From assembly GCA_951406725.2 (NCBI GenBank), contig OX597814.1:146010001-146074000 (forward strand): a stretch of DNA of 64,000 nt. The letters are read 5' to 3'. The notes below the pieces were generated by a model. The model did no database searches and had not been told where the DNA came from. It saw only the letters and a program-made list of their open reading frames with translations. This DNA is from Octopus vulgaris. Its lineage: Eukaryota. The position numbers and the translations under genes were made by a program. Of the stretch, positions 57,483-64,000 are shown one piece after another (within the stretch, counting starts at the first letter, position 1; each line of letters begins with the position of its first letter).

Positions 57483-57851
57483 ATATATTACTGCAATTTA
57501 AAATGTAAAAGACAAAGTATATCTGACGTCTTACTTTTGATATTCCAAGTCCATTTGTACTAAATGTATTAAACTAAAATACTATTTTTCCCTGTTGATA
57601 AAATTCGCATATTATTTTACTGTTTGTCAATGTGTACCAAATAACTGTTATTGTTAGAGGAAATAACTGGCTTTTTCTAGATAAACTTCGAACATTAAAG
57701 AAAATGAATTACTTTTGGCTGGTACCAATCTTATGTATTATTAGAATATGAAACAATACACCAGTTTCATATTGTTCTATATTTAAGAGATGAGGCATTA
57801 TGTACATTATTTACATTTGACGGATATTTGGCCTCATCTTGTTTCTTGTTA

Positions 57852-57895
57852 ACACAACGTTTCGGCTGATATACCCTATAGCCTTCATCAGGTGT
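57852..57895 (-). ncRNA. Minimal type I hammerhead ribozyme, canonical core
   Basis: Reads ACAC-CUGAUGA-A-GGCU...AGCC-GAAA-CG-UU-GUGU. Confidence 0.85.
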
Positions 57896-57943
57896 CTTGC
57901 GGAAATGTTGAACCTGGGTTCTCATTCCTTAGGTATTTTTCGA

Positions 57944-58031
<88 letters not shown>

Positions 58032-58034
<3 letters not shown>

Positions 58035-58176
58035 TAGTTTTATTTTTATAGCGTGCTTTCACTTCACTACCGAGCGCAGCTCTGTGTGCCTTGGGTATGT
58101 GCTGTGATTTGTTGTGATGCTCTGATGGTTATTGTATGGAAAGTGTTCTGCGTAGGATGTGTGCAGTGCCTAGTAT
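58032..58176 (-). mobile_element. R4/Dong-like retrotransposon, extreme 3' fragment inside (TAA)n
   Basis: Encodes ILGTAHILRRTLSIQ* (LLGTAxILR C-terminal motif) with a short 3'UTR; TAA arrays lie on both sides. Confidence 0.75.
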
Positions 58177-58190
58177 TATTATTATCATTG

Positions 58191-58267
<77 letters not shown>

Positions 58268-58418
58268 GTTGTTGCTGTTGTTGTTGTTGTTGTTGTTGTT
58301 GTTATCATTATTCAGGTCACTGCCTGGAATCGAACTGTGCTTAAGAGCGCGGGCTACTAACCCAAGGTTCTGAGTTCGATTCCAGTCAGTGACCTGAATA
58401 ATACTAATAATAATAATG

Positions 58419-58566
<148 letters not shown>

Positions 58567-58731
58567 TAATAATAATGATAATAATAATAATGATAATAAT
58601 AAAAATAGTAATATCATCTGTCTGGACAACCCTATAAAAGCATCATTACTTAGAATTTCGCGTACGTCACTAGAATTGCACCTCAATAATATACCTTAGG
58701 ACTGAGAACCCTGGTTCGTAATTTCCCCAAG

Positions 58732-58775
58732 ACACCTGATTAAGGCTGGAGAATATATCAACTGAAACGTTGTGT
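58732..58775 (+). ncRNA. Hammerhead motif, decayed partner copy (G8U)
   Basis: Reads ACAC-CUGAUUA-A-GGCUG...CAACU-GAAA-CG-UU-GUGU. Confidence 0.7.
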
Positions 58776-59672
58776 TAACAACAAACAAGAGGAGGACAAA
58801 TATCCGTCAAATGTAAGTAATGTAAATAAATACACTAGTTTATTTGGGATCAGGAAGAATTTTATCTTTGGTAGATTTATTCACTAACTTAACGCTAGCA
58901 TTTCCAATTTCTTGAAATACCAATAGATTATATATAAAGATCAGTATTGTTGTTTATCATTTAAATGTTGTGCCTGGTTTTATAAGCGCCGTAACGTGTA
59001 TGCGTATGGGAAAATAATACCCTACAAGAAATGATATCTAATGGTTTACATATTTGCCTGCTCATTTCAATGCATATTATGATATAAGAATATCTTATGC
59101 GTCTGATGGCACTTCAGTTTATACTCTCGACAGATGAATGTGTGTTCGGTTGAAAGCTGAGTGACGATTCAAATGGGGAGATGAAGACTAATTTTTCAAA
59201 AACAAATCAGTGACAGTGATACATAGTACGAGAGAGGCAAAGGAGATTGAGAGACAGATGAAATAGAGAGACAGAAAGAATGAAACAAATAGCGCTTGAG
59301 ATTAGATATAATATATGAGAGCATTGCTATTGTTAAGGAATATACAGTTATGATAGCTAACTGTACAAATGCGAATGCTATTAGAAAGGCAACTAAAATC
59401 TCCTGTCATTTACAGCACATCTGAATCAGAATTTCCTTTCAAAATCAACAGTTCTTATACAATAAAGCATACTTAGTGACATGACTACAAATTAAAGCGA
59501 GATAATACAATATACGAACGTGTGTTTATGATTGAAATGTCGCTTGCATACATATGTACATTTATGCATTACAACAACGATATATAAATACATTCATCTA
59601 ATGCTGTGTGCATACATATATCTACATGCATAAAGTTACCAACGTACATATGTATATACATATATGTATATG

Positions 59673-59705
<33 letters not shown>

Positions 59706-61682
59706 ATGTATATGTACACACACACACACACATAATCATATATACATGGTAAAAAGAGTGTGTATGCAACATATATATGCAAGCAGAGGCTTACGAGAGA
59801 AAATAAGAATTCACCATTATATGTGATATGGAGATTGGTATTACCCCGCAAAATTAAATTGACATAATATGTATTTATGTTAATGTCTTAGAGATGTTCG
59901 AGGTTATTTGTTGGCTTAAATAGAAAAATGTCATTTTCTAAGGTGAGACACTTGTAGGAAAATATTGATTAAAATAATATTGACATACCCTCCCAAAACA
60001 TTTTTTGCATGCTTATATCTGTGTGGCGGAACACAAAATGTAACGCTACTGCATAAGCGATCTATTTATATATTCTTAGCAAATGACTTCGATAAAATTA
60101 TTATACGACAATTATTGTAAAAACAAAGCATTTGCATAAGTCTACGTCCATTAGCAAATTGAAAATGTTCTTCTATTAACCCACCAGTTTGTGTGGGTTA
60201 TCTCCTAACCCTATATGCAATATGTGCTCCTACCAAACGGGACAGTCGTTTTAGTACTTAATACAGCATCGAAAACAATATTTCTTTTATGTGGATAAAT
60301 TCATCCACCGTATATTGAACAAAGTGAAAATTCATTCTAAAATCGTCTGTTTGTCAGAGTATTGTTATTTCTTCAGTTTCTCTGAATGTATATCAACTTG
60401 AGAATCTTGAATATTGGACTATCGTTGTATTAGTTAAAGTAGCAGTCACGATTAGTGTGTATTACCTCATGTTTCGTTTTGAACGTTTTGTTGATTAATA
60501 CCACATGTATACTGTATTGATGGGAGAACATTTCATTCTTCTAAATCACTGCATATACATGCGCCATGATAATGCATTCTAGATATTTCTCCCTAGATAA
60601 GCATTTGGTATCTAAACAATAGCATTGAAAGCAACTTCCTAAGCGCATAATAAATTAAAATTCTGTACAATTACTCGTCAGGATTATCTAGATGAATAAT
60701 CTTAAGAACATCTTATATATTGAATAGCCTAAACCGTATCACTAATGAAAAGTCTCTTATGTTGTGTCCAATATGATTTCAAATCAAGCAGGTTTACTTC
60801 TGTTATGTGACGAGAAGCTAATACTACTTTCCTATAATATTTGCAGACTCTCCTTCAATCGAACGTTTGATACAGATTACGATACGCTTGAATTTCTGTA
60901 GGTGAAGATAATGTACAAAATGTGGGAGAATTTGGGAATGAGAAAGTGCTGTAGCTCTGGAACCGAACAATTGGCCAAAGCGTTTAGTTTCAAATGACAA
61001 ACAAAACTATAATGAGAGAATGGAAGTGTCGTCTAAGAAAGGGTTTGCGTGGGAACCATGTAACTTCCTAGATCAGAGGAACGTAATTTCTTGGAATATC
61101 GTCACCTAAGATTCCTTGAAGTGTTGGTTAGTAGTTGTATCGTACGAACGTGTAATATTTGCTAAATGAATTCAATAAACAATGGGTGCAAAGCTGCTGA
61201 ATAGGATATGTTGTGTTTGTAAATCCATGCAAGATATATCTTGAATGGATTTAACGGCAAATTAATGCGGGTTATACATGATACATTTAAAAACTGCAGG
61301 GAATCATCAACATCTCAGTTTATGAAGACAGAAGCTTAGGATATAGCTTCGATAAATATGTCAGGTTATCATGTGTGATTGCAAAGGTTAACATTTCTAA
61401 CTAATTTAACCGAATGCAACAATAAAATGTTCTACTAAAGGGAAACAATACACAATATCCAATCTTCAATACAAGTAGCGATTCATCCTGTGTTGCTTCT
61501 TTGCTAATATACAGTGTTGTGTTCTTTCAGTAGTAGCATATTTCGATGTATCTATTAAGACATTTGGGCCTACACACTATAACAACTCCTGATTAAGAGC
61601 CAAATACCATTATACAGCAACTGTTATGAATGACTCTTTTGTAAGCACTATTTTAACACAGTCTTTTCATTACTTTCACAAG

Positions 61683-61817
61683 ACGTGGCTGTGTGGCGAG
61701 TGGCTTGTTTCCCAACTACATGTTCAGATCCACCGCTTCGCACCTTCGACAAATACTTTCTACTGTAGCCTTCGGCTGACCATTGTGGATTTGGTAGATG
61801 GAAACTGAAAGAAGATC

Positions 61818-61857
<40 letters not shown>

Positions 61858-62070
61858 CGTTTCTATGTGTGTGTGTGTGTGTGTCATTCTCTCCATGTTC
61901 GTTCACCCATCATCACTTCAAAACCGGTGTTCCTGTGCTTACGTCCTTGTAAGTTATCGGTTCTGCAAAACAGCTCGTTAAAATAAGTACTAGGCTTAAA
62001 ATGATTAGCCAAAATGCCCTAGCATGGCTGCATTCGAATGACAAAAATAAGTAAAGAGGTATAAGGATAA
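61683..62070 (+). mobile_element. SINE family A, degenerate
   Basis: gtggctgtgtgg...gtggatttggtagatggaaactgaaagaag...aataagtactaggctt...agcatggctgca. Confidence 0.75.
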
Positions 62071-62150
62071 CACACCTGATCTGCATTCATTAATACGCTA
62101 GCTCTGTTTATGTCTCTGCCTCCCTCATCTCTCTCCGTGCATATACATAC

Positions 62151-62228
<78 letters not shown>

Positions 62229-62236
<8 letters not shown>

Positions 62237-63597
62237 GCATCCTTTCTGTCTCGGGAGACAATGGAGTTGCGCATGAAGTAGTCTAGTCCGGCTTTTATAT
62301 TTCATGTCCTGATACATTTCCTGCTGTGGCTGTATAGTCCTATCCTGGACATACACTCCCTCTGGCAGGTACCGCAAATGTAGCGAAGACTGTTCCTGGC
62401 TGGTTGTAGTGCCATAGTCTCTTGTTTACGTCTCTTCCTTTCTTTCCATTTTTCCTCTCTCTCTGTCACTCCTTTGTATTCCCTCTTTTACTGTACGTCG
62501 CCATTCTCCACGGTAGCCGGCAACTTCCTCCCAACCGCTAATATTGATGTTGCAGGCCTTCATGTCCTTTTTGCAAACATCCTTGTAACGTAAGATCGGT
62601 CTACCCACAGACCTAGTACCCCTAGCAAGCTCTCCGTAGAGTATGTCCTTGGGGATTCTGCCATCTTTCATACGGCTAACATGCCCAAGCCATCTCATAC
62701 GTCTTTGTGTGAGGAGTGCAAACATGCTTGGTATTCCTGCTTGCCTGAGGACATCTTTGTTGGGGATATGATTCTGCCATTTGATGCGGAGGATTTTTCG
62801 GAGGCAGCGCAGGTGAAAGATGTTTAGCCGACGCTCTTGGCGTGTGTATAGCGTCCAGGTCCAATGCGTATATTGACCTCAGCGTCAAGGGATAGGTTGT
62901 AGGTGGCGGTAGAGCCCAGATAGGTAAACCTCTCCACCTCTTGTAATCTGTGGTCTCCAATATGTATGTTTGGGATGTCCGATGTAGCCTGGCCCATGAT
63001 GTTGGTCTTCCTAAGGCTGATAGCTAAGCCAAAGTCGTTACATGCTTGCTCAAAACAGTTAATGAGCCTTTGGAGGGCTTCTTCTGTGTGTGTTACCAGA
63101 GCGGCATCATCAGCAAATAACATCTCCTTGATCAGGACGTTTCTGATTGGCACGCAGGCGCGAGAGATTGAACAGTTTCCCGTCACTTCTACTTCTACAG
63201 AAACACTCCATCATCTGATGTCTGAAAGGCATGTGAAAGTAAGAGCGAGAAGAAGATGCCAAACAATGTAGGAGCGAGGACACAGCCTTGCTTTACCCCG
63301 TTTTTTATTTGGAAGGCGGCTGATGTTGAACCGTTGTGCTGTATGGTGCTTTGTATGTCATCATGGAAAGACTTGATGATCCTCAGCAGCTTTGGTGGAC
63401 ATCCGATTTTTGGGAGCAGGATGAAGAGGCCTATTCTGCTTACCGAGTCAAAAGCCTTTGTTAGATCAATGAAGGCCATATATAATGGCATTTTCTGCTC
63501 TCTGGACTTCTCCTGAAGTTGGCGTATGGAGAATATCATATCGATAGTTGATCTGCTTCTTCTAAAGCCACACTGCGATTCTGGATAGATTCGAGAA

Positions 63598-63600
<3 letters not shown>
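62229..63600 (-). mobile_element. RTE (BovB-like) LINE, 5'-truncated with deletions and frameshifts
   Basis: PESQCGFRRSRSTIDMIF...FIDLTKAFDSV...GVKQGCVLAPTLF, LFADDAAL, FTYLGS and RMRWLGHVSRMKDGRIPKDILYGEL. The 3' hairpin tgtctcccgagaca is followed by a caacaac tail; (TA)n flanks both ends. Confidence 0.95.
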
Positions 63601-63660
<60 letters not shown>

Positions 63661-63666
63661 CATACA

Positions 63667-64000
63667 CAGAGGTTGGACAAAATAATGGAAACACCTAAAA
63701 TTTTCAAACAAATTCATTTTAATATAGGGTAGGACCGGCTTTAGCTGTAATTAAAGCTTGAATTCTACGAGCTATGGACTCGTGCAAAGTGAACTGTTTC
63801 CAAAGGAATTTTTGTCCGTTCTTCAGCTAAAACAGTCTCCAGTCCTTGTAGAGACGATGGTGGAGGATATCGACTCCTTACATGTTTTTCTCAAATACAC
63901 AATAAATGTTCAATAATATTGAGATCTGGGTATTCTGGTGGCTAGATAAGATGTTCAACTTCACTAGAATGTTCCGCGTGCCATTCAGTAACAACATTCG
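63667..64000 (-). mobile_element. Tc1-like transposon, 3' end (runs off the window)
   Basis: Terminus cagaggttggacaaaataatggaaacacc. The minus strand encodes EHLI*PPEYPDLNIIEHL, a degenerate WPxxSPDLNxIE motif. Confidence 0.8.

Noticed and set aside
58337-58390. tRNA gene
   Set aside because: It lacks the acceptor stem and the 5' half of the D arm; treated as a tRNA-derived head.

Overview
AT-rich, microsatellite-dense eukaryotic DNA. The SINE families and repeat landscape suggest a coleoid cephalopod such as Octopus; this is inference from recall, not a search. I find no intact host gene, and nearly all ORFs in the track are microsatellite read-throughs. The window is a mosaic of decayed transposable elements: Penelope-like elements (PLE; GIY-YIG and RT remnants), RTE, L1/Tx1-like, CR1-group and RLE-type (R4/Dong-like) LINE fragments, at least three SINE families, three non-autonomous Helitrons, and mariner and Tc1 remnants. 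The most notable hidden structure is a set of about ten minimal type-I hammerhead ribozyme (HHR) motifs from several unrelated repeat families. They include canonical C3-G8 cores and both compensatory core variants, U3-A8 and G3-C8. One sits in a perfect ~290-bp palindrome and one in a tRNA-headed SINE-like element. Several LINE fragments sit in family-specific microsatellites. All coordinates were counted by hand; element edges are approximate unless stated.
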